From Gemmatales bacterium (GTDB lineage: Bacteria > Planctomycetota > Planctomycetia > Gemmatales > HRBIN36): a stretch of 64,000 bases of DNA. Where the stretch lies: NCBI GenBank assembly GCA_047602475.1, contig JASGHE010000005.1:59684-123683 (forward strand), given 5' to 3'. Every line of letters starts with the position of its first letter. The first letter of the stretch is position 1. The position numbers and the translations under genes were made by a program. The notes beneath the pieces are model-generated. The model was not told the origin of the DNA. It saw only the letters and a list, made by a program, of their open reading frames with translations, and ran no database searches. Of this stretch, positions 18,888 to 29,555 are shown piece by piece.

Positions 18888-19610
18888 ATGGCCGAGACGA
18901 TCACCAGAAAAGAAATCCTCCTCAACACCCTCCTCGTCGAAGGCGGCCTGGCTGCGCTCGCTGTCATCCTGGCCTGGCTGTTCGGCCCTGATCTGTGGGC
19001 TAACTTCACCTTCACCTGGGAAGCGGTTCTCTGGGGCTGCCTCGGTGCCGTTCCGCCGCTCGTGATCATTCTGCTGATTGACCGCTATCCCATCGGTCCG
19101 TTCCGACACGTCGCTGACATCTCCGATCGATTCCTCAGACCACTCTTGCGTTCCACCCGCTGGCCCGACTACTTCCTGCTCGCCACCCTCGCCGGCTTCT
19201 GCGAAGAACTGTTCTTTCGTGGTTGGATGCAACCCTGCCTGGCACAATGGATGCCCTTGTGGGCCAGTGTTCTCATGGGCGGCATCATCTTCGGCCTCTG
19301 CCACCTCATCACGCCAGCCTACTTTATCATCGCCTGCCTCATCAGCTTCTATTTGGCCGCCCTTCTGATCTGGACAGACAATCTCCTCGTCCCCATGCTT
19401 ACACACGGCGTCTACGATCTGATTGCGATATTCGCAGTGATGTGGAGTGTCAAAGAGTCGGGCATCGTCAACAACGAGCCGGGTACCGTCAAGGCCCGGA
19501 GCAGCGACGACGAAGAACTTCTACCTATGCCGCCATCCGTAGTCTTTGACTCTTCTCTGCCGGAACCGTCCCCATCGTCAGAAGGTAGGGCACCGGGTAG
19601 CGATGTATAA
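18888..19610 (+). CDS. CPBP family intramembrane glutamic endopeptidase (CAAX protease-like)
   Basis: Polytopic. FCEELFFRGW (EExxxR motif), FGLCH and THGVYD motifs typical of the CPBP/Abi family. Confidence 0.85.
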   Translation: MAETITRKEILLNTLLVEGGLAALAVILAWLFGPDLWANFTFTWEAVLWGCLGAVPPLVIILLIDRYPIGPFRHVADISDRFLRPLLRSTRWPDYFLLATLAGFCEELFFRGWMQPCLAQWMPLWASVLMGGIIFGLCHLITPAYFIIACLISFYLAALLIWTDNLLVPMLTHGVYDLIAIFAVMWSVKESGIVNNEPGTVKARSSDDEELLPMPPSVVFDSSLPEPSPSSEGRAPGSDV

Positions 19611-20301
19611 TCTGGGTGGCGCTCTCGAATCCCGCCTCACGAAACATCGTCTGCACCAATCCCTTGGAGCAGTGATGCACATGCCCCTCGGCCCAGGTCA
19701 CTAACCCATCGAAAATAAACCAGCCCCAGAACGTATCTCTGCACCCATCCACCAGCATGACTCGGCCACTCGGCTTGAGCACCCGCCTCATTTCCTTGAC
19801 TACTCTCAATTGATCAGGGTAGTGATGAAAACTATGGCTACAGGTCACGAGATCAAAGGAACCGTCTTCGTATGGCAGTTCCTGACTGTTGCCATGCGTA
19901 AAGTGCATTCGGCCAGGATATTCCCTGGCCCGAACTGCGGCATGCTCCAACATCTTATCACTGAGATCGAGTCCCCACACCTGAGCATGGGGCAAACGAT
20001 TGACCACCAGTTCCGCCCAACGTCCGGTGCCGCAGCCAATATCTAATACTCGATGATCGTTCACGCTGATCTGTTGCAGCATCAGCCGATGCGATGGGCC
20101 GAAGAAAACCTTTTGCAGCAAGCTTCTGTCGTAGGACCTGCTCCAGGCATCGAACTCGCTGCGTGCCTGATCGACCGGATCAGCCAGTGACAGGTTCTTC
20201 TGACGAGCATTCCACAACGAGGTCAGCCAGAACCCTTTTCGTTCCGGCACGGCAGGCTGGCTGTCAGCAGAGTAGAGCTTAAGCATAGTCATGCCAATCA
20301 A
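19525..20301 (-). CDS. Class I SAM-dependent methyltransferase
   Basis: 258 aa. Motif I VLDIGCGTGRW, then LKPSGRVMLVD. Its 3' end overlaps the convergent CPBP gene by 86 nt. Confidence 0.85.
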   Translation of the reverse strand: MIGMTMLKLYSADSQPAVPERKGFWLTSLWNARQKNLSLADPVDQARSEFDAWSRSYDRSLLQKVFFGPSHRLMLQQISVNDHRVLDIGCGTGRWAELVVNRLPHAQVWGLDLSDKMLEHAAVRAREYPGRMHFTHGNSQELPYEDGSFDLVTCSHSFHHYPDQLRVVKEMRRVLKPSGRVMLVDGCRDTFWGWFIFDGLVTWAEGHVHHCSKGLVQTMFREAGFESATQIIHRYPVPYLLTMGTVPAEKSQRLRMAA

Positions 20302-21383
20302 GTAAGGGCCAAATACCGTCGACGAAATTTAGGCTTTCGCATTAAGTACATCGACCACTTCGACCCAATACATCACCTAATCTGGCAAGTTGCAATACAT
20401 GCACACTGAAATCGCAAGGTCCACCCTCGCTCGCGCGTCGGGCTGTCATACATAAGATGAAATAATGCCCTCACCCCCCGACCCCCTGGCCCTCTTCCAC
20501 CCTGCTGTCCAGCAGTGGTTCCGGGAGAAGGTCGGCCAGCCGACACCGCCTCAAGTACTAGGCTGGCCCTCCATTGCGGCGGGCGACAACACACTCATCC
20601 TGGCCCCCACCGGTTCTGGCAAGACCCTCGCTGCCTTCCTCGCCTGTCTCGACAAGCTCTGGAAAGAGCCACGACAAGGCACGGGGGTACAACTTCTCTA
20701 CATCTCGCCGCTAAAGGCTCTGAACAACGACATCTTCCGCAACCTGCATCTGCCCCTCATTGGTGTACAGCAGACAGCCGAACTAAGGGGCGAGAAGCTG
20801 CCAAACATCAGCATCGGCTTGCGGACCGGCGATACCACTACTCAGGAACGACGACGGCAACTTTGCAAACCACCCGACGTCTTAATCACTACTCCAGAAT
20901 CGTTGCACCTGCTCCTCACCTCCAAAGGCCGTGACATTCTCGGCAATGTCCGCTGGTGCATCATCGATGAAATCCATGTTCTCTGCCCCAACAAGCGTGG
21001 CGTCTTCCTGGCCATCCTTCTGGAAAGGCTGCAGCAACTCACCGGCAACCCCGGCTTCGTCCGTATCGGTCTTTCCGCCACCCAGCGCCCTCTCGAAGAA
21101 GTCGCCCGCTACCTCGGCGGCTTCAGTTATTCCAAAGAAGCCGGGCTAGTTCCACGCCCTGTCTCCATCATCGATGCCGGCCAGCGCAAACAACTCGATC
21201 TACAAGTCGTCAGCCCCGTCGAACGCTTCGGCGCCCTTGCCGAAAAAAGCATCTGGCCCTCCATCTACCGCTACCTGCATGATCAAATAACCACGCACCA
21301 ATCCACCATCATCTTCGCCAACAACCGAAGATCGGTAGAACGCATCACCACTGCCATCAACGAAGTACACGAAGAAATGACTG

Positions 21384-21424
21384 CCCCCCTCTCCCCCCGG
21401 GGAGAGGGGCCGGGGGTGAGGGGG
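21384..21424 (+). repeat. Repeat family B, copy B1 (inside lhr)
   Basis: CCCCCCTCTCCCCCCGGGGAGAGGGGCCGGGGGTGAGGGGG: a hairpin plus G-run tail, the same core as copies B2-B5. Confidence 0.85.
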
Positions 21425-21455
21425 ATCCAACTCGCGGCGAAGCCCATCATTCTCT

Positions 21456-21483
21456 GAGCACTGAGCACTCAGCACTAAGCACT
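21456..21483 (+). repeat. Heptanucleotide tandem repeat (4 units) inside the lhr insert
   Basis: GAGCACT GAGCACT CAGCACT AAGCACT. Confidence 0.8.
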
Positions 21484-24400
21484 TCTTCTAACTCAGGACT
21501 CTGCCGCGCCCACCACGGCTCCGTCTCCCTCGAAATGCGCCGCCAGACCGAAGAAATGCTCAAGGAAGGCCGTCTCGCTGCTGTCGTCTCTACTGCCTCG
21601 CTGGAACTCGGCATCGATATGGGTGCCGTCGATCTCGTCTGTCAGGTCGAATCCTCCGGCAACATCGCTCGCTCCATGCAGCGGGTCGGCAGAGCAGGGC
21701 ACCTCGTCGGTGGTCAGTCCAAGGGAAGACTTATTCCCAAGACACTGCCCGATCTGCTGGAACAGGCTGCCCTTGCCCGAGAGATGGTGCGTGGCCAGGT
21801 TGAACAACTGCATATCCCTACCGGCTGCCTCGATCTCATCGCTCAGCAAGTTATCGCCATGGTCGCCATCGAAAGTTGGCATGTGCCGGAACTCTATGGT
21901 GTGTTTCGTCAGGCCTATCCCACCCGTGATCTGACTCCCGAAGCGTTCGAGAGCGTGCTCGAGATGATCTCGGGCCGCTTCCCCGCTGAAGCCTTCCAGG
22001 AACTGCGTGCCCGAATCACCTGGGACCGTATTCACAACCGCCTGCATGCTCTCCCTGGCAGCAAACAACTCGCCCTTGTCAACGGCGGCACCATTCCTGA
22101 TACCGGCCAGTATCCGGCCTACATTGTTGGTACTACCAACCGCATCGGCGAGCTTGACGAAGAATTCGTCTTCGAGCGAAGGATAGGTGATGTCTTCACG
22201 CTCGGCACCAGTTCCTGGCGTATTGAGACGATTGAAACCGACCGTGTCACCGTCAGCAAGGCTGAGGGCATGCCCGCCACGATGCCCTTCTGGCGCGGCG
22301 AGAAGATTGGCCGCAGCGCCGATCTCGGCCAGGCAATGGGCCGCTTGATTGATGAGACAGTCGAACGGCTGGCTCAAGATAAGTCGACTGTCCCAGCGTG
22401 GCTACAAGAGAAATGTCACCTCGATGCCCACGCCGCTGACAATGTGGTGATGTATCTTCGCCGACAGATCGAAGTAGCCGGCATGGTGCCGGGCCATAAG
22501 GCGATCCTTTGTGAAGCCTTCCGAGACCAGGTGGGCGATTGGCACCTCGCCATTCTCTCTTCCCTCGGAAGCAGGTTCCACCTCACCCTCCGCTTCGCCC
22601 TCGAATCGCTCTGGCAGGAGCAGTTCGGCTACCAGCCCTACTGCCTGCATCACGATGATGGCCTGCTCATGAGGCTGGTCGATCAGGGCGATCCGCCTCT
22701 TGATCTGCTCGAGCAACTCGACCCTACCACCGTGGAAGCTCGGGTGCTACAGGAGTTGGCCGACAGCGCCCTCTACGCCATCCGGTTCAGGCACAATGCT
22801 GCCCGAGCGATGATGCTGCCCATCAACTCGCCCCAGAAGCGTGCCCCACTCTGGCTGCAACGGCTCAAGTCCCGCAACCTCATGCAGATCGCCCGGCAAC
22901 ACCCCCGCTTCCCCATCGTCCTCGAAACCTGCCGGGAGTGCCTGCACGATCATCTCGATGTCGATGGCTTGGTAGATATCCTCAACAAGATCAGAGCGGG
23001 CTCTATTCAAGTCGTCACTCGCCGAGACGCCACACCGTCCCCCTTCGCTGCCCAGCTCCTCTTCGGCTTCACCGCCGCCTTCATGTATGACTACGACAAA
23101 GTCGAACTCAAGGGCGAAGGCAACAAGGCGAACATTGACAAGGCTTTGCTCGATCAACTGATTACTCCGGAAGAATATGATCATCTCCTCGATCCCCGTG
23201 CCGTTGACCAGGTAGAGAAACGACTACAAGGCGTCGGCCTGCTGCCCCGCACCGCTGAAGAACTGTTCGAATGGATTCGCAAGATCGGCGATGCGCGTGA
23301 CGATGAACTGCCCGAAGAGGTAGCCAGGTACGCATCTGAACTCCATGCTCAAGGCAGGCTGGTGCGATGGAGGAAGGGCGATGAATCACGATGGATACTC
23401 AAAGAAGATGAACCGAACTATCTATCACTCACTTCATTAAGTTCCACATCGAGCACGCCCTCTGAGGAGACCAGTGCCGCAGCCCTGAAGATTCTCCATC
23501 GCTTCCTGCAGACCCATGCTCTCGTTGGCGTCGATGATGTGTTGCAGCGCTACCCTTTGCCCCGGCTCTGGGTTGAGGATGCCCTGAAAACCTGGTCCCG
23601 TGCCGGCTCTGTCGTCGAACTCGAATCGTGGGGCGATACGCCGACCGTTTTTTATTCTTCGCCGAATAATCTGGATCAAGTCCAGCGAAGCAGCCTGTCG
23701 TTGCGACGAAAAGAAATACCGACCGTTTCGCCCATGGCCTTCGCTCACTTCGTTCAGCGCTGGCAGGGCAGGCACCCCAGCACCAGTGTCGGCGGCCCCG
23801 AAGGCTTGCGGGCAGCTTTGGAACGACTGCAGGGACTATCCCTGCCCCGTGAACTGTGGGAACAGACGATCCTCCCCAGCCGTGTGCCCGGCTACCAGAC
23901 CCGCTGGCTCGATGACCTCATCCTCTCTGGGGAATGGTGCTGGGTCTGCTTCCCCGAAGCTACCAATGATGAAACCAAGGCTGATAAGATCGATTGTGCC
24001 TCGATCTGCTTTCTACGGCGGGATCAGTTCATTCACTATCTGGCACCACAGCAAGATGCACCACTCTCCGCCAGTGAATCGAGTGTCTACGATACGCTCC
24101 GTTCTCGTGGGGCCATGTTCCTCGTCGATCTGGCCTCGGCCAGCAACCTCGCCCCCAGTGAGGTCAAACGTGCCCTCTGGAAGCTGGCTGACCTCGGCCT
24201 GACAACTAATGATCGGTTCGATGTGCTGCGTCGCTTCGAGACAGATATGCAGAACACCAACCCCACCCCAGCCCGTGCCACGCTCCGTGCCATGCGACAA
24301 CAGAGGGTACAGATGCCCGAAGGCCGCTGGGCTCTCATCACGTGGGGGCAACCCGATGCCGAGAAGCGGGCACTCTTCCAGGTGCAGTTATTGCTGGAGC

Positions 24401-25027
24401 GTTACGGCATCGTCAGCCGCGATCTAGCCCAACTCGACTCATCGCTGCTACCCTGGCGGGTGATGTATGAAGTGCTCAGCCGGCTGGAACTCAGCCGGCG
24501 AAGTGCGGCGGGGTTACTTCGTTGAAGGCATGTCTGGCGCTCAGTTCGCTCTGCCTGAAGCGGTGGAACAACTGAATACCATCAGCAAGTTGGCGACCAC
24601 CGCCGAGCCCATGGTCTTGCTCCACGCCTACGACCCCGCTAATCTCTACGGCCCCAGCGCACCATTAGGATGGCCCTATCCCCAGAACCTTGTTGGCAAC
24701 ATCACCACCGGTATCCCTTGGACCCGCCGCGTCGGCAACTGGCTCATCACCCAGTCCGGCCGCATCATCCTTGCCGTCGAAAGCGGTGGCAAACGTCTCT
24801 GGCCAGCCCCACATGCCACTAACGAACAACTCTTCGACGCCATCCAGGTACTGCCGGAAATCATCAAGTCTGGCCACGGTACCGATCTGCGGGCCAAACT
24901 CGTCGTCGAAGAATGGAACGGCTCGTCAATTACCATCTCCCTCGCCCGCCCCTATCTCGAAGCAGCGGGGTTTGTGAATGACTATCATTCGATGTGTTTG
25001 TATGCAGCCTGGTCGTAGCGCAAAGAC

Positions 25028-25170
25028 AACTCGTTCCCAAGCTCCGCTTGGGAACGCACTGCATGCGAGGCTCTGCCTCGCTGAAAGAGCTGAAAATGTC
25101 TTGCCCTTGCTAGATTCATTGAGGCAGAGCCTCACTTGCAGTGCATTCCCAGGCAGAGCCTGGGAACGAG
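25028..25170 (+). repeat. Repeat family C, copy C1 (~145-nt MITE-like element with ~50-nt terminal inverted repeats)
   Basis: AACTCGTTCCCAAGCTCCGCTTGGGAACGCACTGCATGCGAGGCTCTGCCTC...GAGGCAGAGCCTCACTTGCAGTGCATTCCCAGGCAGAGCCTGGGAACGAG. Each arm contains its own sub-hairpin. Confidence 0.85.
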
Positions 25171-25177
25171 AAAAATA

Positions 25178-25540
25178 TCAGCGTTTCCATCGCCATCCGG
25201 TGACATCCTTGCCCTCTTTCATCGGAACAAGCTTATCCCCATCCAGGCGATAATTCACCTCGATCGCCCCTTGGCCTTTCGAGAAGATCACTTTGCCGTC
25301 TTTCAAATCCCAGGTTCCATCCAGCATGAGCAGTGGCCCGGCTTTGACGTCAAACGTCTTATCTCCCGCCAGTGTCAGGATGATCTTGTCCGCCCCCGGT
25401 CCAAAGCCATAGCCGTCCTGGTCAATGTGGTAACTGCCACCGACAGAGTGAATGGTAGGTCCTTTATTGCAGCCAGCCGCCAGCAACAGAAGAACATAGA
25501 GCAGCATCAACCGGTACGGTGCTAATCGATTCGTGTACAT
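25178..25540 (-). CDS. Small lipoprotein (120 aa)
   Basis: Lipobox LLLLAAGC after a basic N-terminus. The rest looks beta-rich and soluble. Flanked by C1 and C2. Confidence 0.6.
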   Translation of the reverse strand: MYTNRLAPYRLMLLYVLLLLAAGCNKGPTIHSVGGSYHIDQDGYGFGPGADKIILTLAGDKTFDVKAGPLLMLDGTWDLKDGKVIFSKGQGAIEVNYRLDGDKLVPMKEGKDVTGWRWKR

Positions 25541-25621
25541 GGAGCATCTCCGTTAATGAGGAAACCCAGAATGAGATTAACCTCATTTGTACCGAGCAAA
25601 CCGTAGCTGGTAAACAGAATA

Positions 25622-25767
25622 AACTCGTTCCCAGGCTCTGCCTGGGAACGCACTGCATGCGAGGCTCTGCCTCGCTGGACAAGCTGAAGATGATATTCTG
25701 TCTCCCCTAGTTTCATTGAGGCAGAGCCTCTGATGCAGTGCGTTCCCAATCAGAGCTTGGGAACGAG
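25622..25767 (+). repeat. Repeat family C, copy C2
   Basis: Same orientation and architecture as C1: AACTCGTTCCCAGGCTCTGCCTGGGAACGCACTGCATGCGAGGCTCTGCCTC...GAGGCAGAGCCTCTGATGCAGTGCGTTCCCAATCAGAGCTTGGGAACGAG. Confidence 0.85.
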
Positions 25768-25855
25768 AAAACCTATTTGAGGCTCAGCATCATGCCCTAC
25801 CACTGCCTCCATTGCCATGCTAAGATACTTCACATCCACCCACACAGGAGTTGCC

Positions 25856-26749
25856 ATGAAACCCTGGTTCGCGCTCGTATTCTTCCTCATACCCACCTAC
25901 CTCATAGCTCAAGACAAATCCGAGTCTGAGCTGAAGGTTGAAAAGGCTGTCGTCTACGGCAAAGGGGGCGACAAGAACCTGGAACTGAACATCGCCGTTC
26001 CTCCCGGCAAAGGGCCGTTCCCTGCGGTGATTCTGATTCACGGCGGAAGCTGGAAGTCGGGCTCGTACAAAGACAAGCTCATGACCATGCTCCTGGAGAA
26101 GATCGCCAAGGCCGGCTACGTCACCGCCAGCATCCAGTACCGGCTGACCCCCAGTGGCGCACGGTTCCCATCCCAGATCGAAGACTGCAAATGCGCCGTC
26201 CGCTGGATGCGCGGCAATGCTGAGAAGTATCAGATCGATCCGAAGCGCATTGGAGCCCTCGGTGGTTCAGCCGGCGCACACCTGGCTCTGCTTCTCGGTT
26301 TGACCAACAAGAACGATGGACTGGAAGGCACAGGCGATCTCACTCCGGAGTTTGCCAAACAATCCAGCGATGTGCAGGCTGTCGTCAACCTCTTCGGCCC
26401 GGTCGATCTGCTCATCGGCGATTGGCAGAAGAGCACTACTCCAGTGCTGGTCGAATTGCTGGGCGGCACCATTAAGGAGAAGACCGACCTCGCCAAGAAG
26501 GCTTCACCCATCAACTATGTCGAAAAGAGCCGCACCATTCCGCCGATCATCACGTTTCACGGCACCAAAGACCCGCTCGTTCCCTATATCCATGCAACCA
26601 AACTCCAATCCGCCCTGGATAAGGTCGATGCTCACGCCAAGCTCGTGACCATGGAAGGCGAAGGGCACGGCTGGCTTGGCGAGAAGCTTGATAAGACTCT
26701 GCAACAATCCATCGAGTTCTTCGACGAGAATCTGAAAGGCAAGAAATAG
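25856..26749 (+). CDS. Secreted alpha/beta hydrolase (esterase/lipase, HGG type)
   Basis: ORF 25817 trimmed to ATG 25856, which follows AGGAG (25845-25849). Signal peptide MKPWFALVFFLIPTYLIAQ. Oxyanion HGGSW, nucleophile GGSAGAHLA, and HG near the C-terminus. Confidence 0.85.
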   Translation: MKPWFALVFFLIPTYLIAQDKSESELKVEKAVVYGKGGDKNLELNIAVPPGKGPFPAVILIHGGSWKSGSYKDKLMTMLLEKIAKAGYVTASIQYRLTPSGARFPSQIEDCKCAVRWMRGNAEKYQIDPKRIGALGGSAGAHLALLLGLTNKNDGLEGTGDLTPEFAKQSSDVQAVVNLFGPVDLLIGDWQKSTTPVLVELLGGTIKEKTDLAKKASPINYVEKSRTIPPIITFHGTKDPLVPYIHATKLQSALDKVDAHAKLVTMEGEGHGWLGEKLDKTLQQSIEFFDENLKGKK

Positions 26750-26930
26750 TGTCGGCAACACTGCACGTTTCAGCGCCGGCAACTTTCTTCCCCTGGCGAT
26801 GGCTGGCCCTGGCTGCCATCTGCCTGATTCCGATATTCTTTCACGGCTGTCACCTTGGCGGCCATGATGAAGACCTGCTCTTTTCGCTACCTCCTCGCCT
26901 GTCGTCCAGTCTCCCCTGAGAGCTTGCCCT

Positions 26931-29490
26931 GTGAAGTACACCTTGGCCACGTTGGCATTCCTGACTGCCCTGCTGCTGGCGTGGGGGCAGGCAAACACCG
27001 GCATCGATGCCTACGGCGATACGCTTCCTTCCGGAGGCGCTCGCCCGGTTGGGAACGCTTCGATTCCGCCATGATGCCCCCATCATCTGCCAGGCGGTCA
27101 CCAACGATGGGAAGCTCATCGCCACCGGCGGCGGACGAACGGTCCGTGTCTGGGATGCCGCCACCGGCAAGCAACTCCACGTCCTGACGATCAACCAAGC
27201 CGGGCGCAGCATTGCCCCCGCTGCGCTCGCCTTCTCCCCGGATGGCCAGATGCTGGCGGCTCTGGGCTCCTACGGTCAGGGGGTCTTGATGGTCTGGGAT
27301 TTGCGCGGCGGACAAGCTCGGCAGGAATTGCTTCTTCCCCAGCGCGATGAATACTCCAATGTCATGATGGACATGCCCTTCCTGGCTTTCACCGCCAACA
27401 ACAAGCACCTGCTGGTCAAAAACTACTCAGAAAAGGCTGTCCGTCACTTTGATCTTGAGACCGGTTTGGAGATGCGTTCGTATCAGGATACTTCCGCCGC
27501 GCTGACGGTGATGGCCATTTCTCCCGATGGACACGCGCTGGCCGCCGGCACGGAGGGCAGGCAGGTCATCCTCTGGGATACCCGCAGCGGCAAGGAACTC
27601 AAACGTCTTCAGCACGACTATGGACTGGTCAGCCTCGCCTTCTCCCCCAATGGCCAGCGGCTGGCGGCAATGGATCAAGACCTGGCCCCGCGCATCTGGA
27701 ACGTCGCCACGGGCAAAGAACTGCTCACGCTCCCCGCCCGCACACGGAGCGTGAGCATCGCCTGGAGCAGCGATGGCGAATCGCTCTATGTTGCCCGTCA
27801 GCCCGACCAACTCCTCACCTGGAATCTCAAGGATCAACAGGAGAAGACCATCGTCGTCCCAAGAGGTTGGGCAGCCGGTCCGCTCTATACTTATAACACA
27901 AGAAGCAATACCGATGGCCTCACCCTTGGTTCACTGGGCCGCCGGGGCAACAATGTCTCTCGTCTCCGACAAGTCGATCTACAGCATCTCGATCAAGCCA
28001 GGAAGTTCGATGGTTACGAAACGGGCAGCAACTTCGCCTTCTACCTCCCTCATCGCAAACAGTGGGCCAGCATCGGCACGAGCGGCGATAGCACGCTCAG
28101 GCTTTGGGACGATGCCGGCCGCAACACGCAATCTTTCGACTTGCCTCTGGGCGAGGTGACGCTGCGCTGCTTCTCCGTCAATTCAACAGGCAAGCTGATC
28201 GCTCTCAGCGCTTACGATGGCCGCACATTCATCATCGATACGACCAATGGCCAAATTCAGCGTGTTCTCACTGCGTTCAATCGTTCCTGTTACGATGTCG
28301 AGTTCTCTGCCGAAGACGATGCCATCGTCCTCACTGATGTTCGCCATGTCAAAGTCATCCAGCTCAGCACTGGCAAGGAACTAAAAAGCTACGAGATCAG
28401 CAACAGTGACCCGCCACGCTCGCTCATTTCCACCGATGGCAGCCGCATTGCTTCGCTGGTCTATACGCCCGAAGATGAACAGCTCAATATGCGTATTCTC
28501 GATGCTCGCACCGGACGAGTCTTATCCAGTGAAGTGAAGATGCTGGTGCAGAATCAGAACTTCTACTTCTCTCCCGATCGGCGCAACATGCTGATCTTCG
28601 GCAATCGGGGCCGTCCGGGGGGCATCAGTATTATTGAAGCTGCGAGCGGCAAAGTGCGTTTCCAGACCGAGGTGCCGGCTCCCTACCAGTTCCTGAGTAA
28701 TCAGGCCCGCATCAGCCCCGATGGACGCTGGCTGGTAGCCTGTGGCAGCGGCAACGATGCTGATCAATATGCAGCCATCCTCTGGCGAATCGGCGGCAAG
28801 CCCGATCCGATTATTCTCCAGGGGCACCGTGGGATGGTGACGTCAGTCATTTTCTCGAACGACTCCAGGCAACTGCTCTCCGCCAGCTACGATTCCACGA
28901 TGCTGGTCTGGAACCTCAATCGTTACGCACCTCTGCCCGCCACGCCGCTAGACGAAGCAGGCTTCGCCAAACTCTGGAAGGAACTGGCCGATCAAGATGC
29001 AACGAAAGCCTGCCAGGCCATTCATCGTCTGGCACAACAACCTGACGCTGCTCGCTGGCTTGGCAGGCAGATCTCCGAGAAAGCAGTGATCCTGAAACCG
29101 GAACAGATCAAGGAATGGATCAACCAACTGAACTCGGCACAGTTCAATGTTCGGGAGGAGGCGACCAAACAGCTCATCAAACATTCGGTTCAAGCCAGGA
29201 ATGCCCTCAAGGCAGCGAACACTGAGCCTGCTTCCACTGAGGTCAAACGCCGGCTCGAGCAAATCCTTACAGCAGTCAGAGAGAACAATGGCCTGAGCGA
29301 CAACCCGTTACAAACCACACGCGCCATCGAAGCACTCGAGATCATTGGGACAACCGAGGCCCTCCAAGAACTGAAGCAATTAGCCGAGCGTAAAGACACC
29401 ATCGGGTCAGAAGCCCGGGATGCCTCGCTTCGCTTGGGACACCGGGTCTCTGCATCCACACCACCTGCTTCCGGAAAAGAGCAGGGCTGA
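26931..29490 (+). pseudogene. WD40-repeat protein with helical-repeat C-terminal region; signal peptide out of frame (~27036)
   Basis: GTG 26931 in frame 0 gives VKYTLATLAFLTALLLAWGQANTGIDAYGDTLPSG. The listed ORF (27007-29490, frame 1) continues EALARLGTLRFRHDAPI. Removing one G near 27036 yields DAYGDTLPSGALARLGTLRFRH. Many WD40 blades follow (VWD, LWD, WNL...). Confidence 0.8.
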
Positions 29491-29555
29491 GCAACCATCA
29501 CCCATTACGATTTCCCGTATCATACTTCCATACTACACTCCGATTGAGGCTAACT

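Larger units (their letters stand above)
20465..25018 (+). pseudogene. lhr: Lhr-type large DEAD/DEAH-box helicase, read in three pieces in this assembly
   Basis: ILAPTGSGKTLAAF (Walker A), IIDEIH (DExH), LSATQ. Helicase-C block AAVVSTASLELGIDMGAVDLVCQVESSGNIARSMQRVGRAGH. Long Lhr C-terminal region including GEVRRGYFVEGMSGAQFALPEAVEQL. Pieces are 20465-21457, 21535-24525 and 24467-25018, with breaks within 21384-21455 and near 24493. Confidence 0.9.

Noticed and set aside
21384-21535. Intein or intron interrupting lhr
   Set aside because: The extra segment is only ~150 nt. It has no intein blocks (no Cys/Ser...His-Asn ends, no homing endonuclease) and no group I/II intron features, and it starts with a recognisable repeat-family-B copy.
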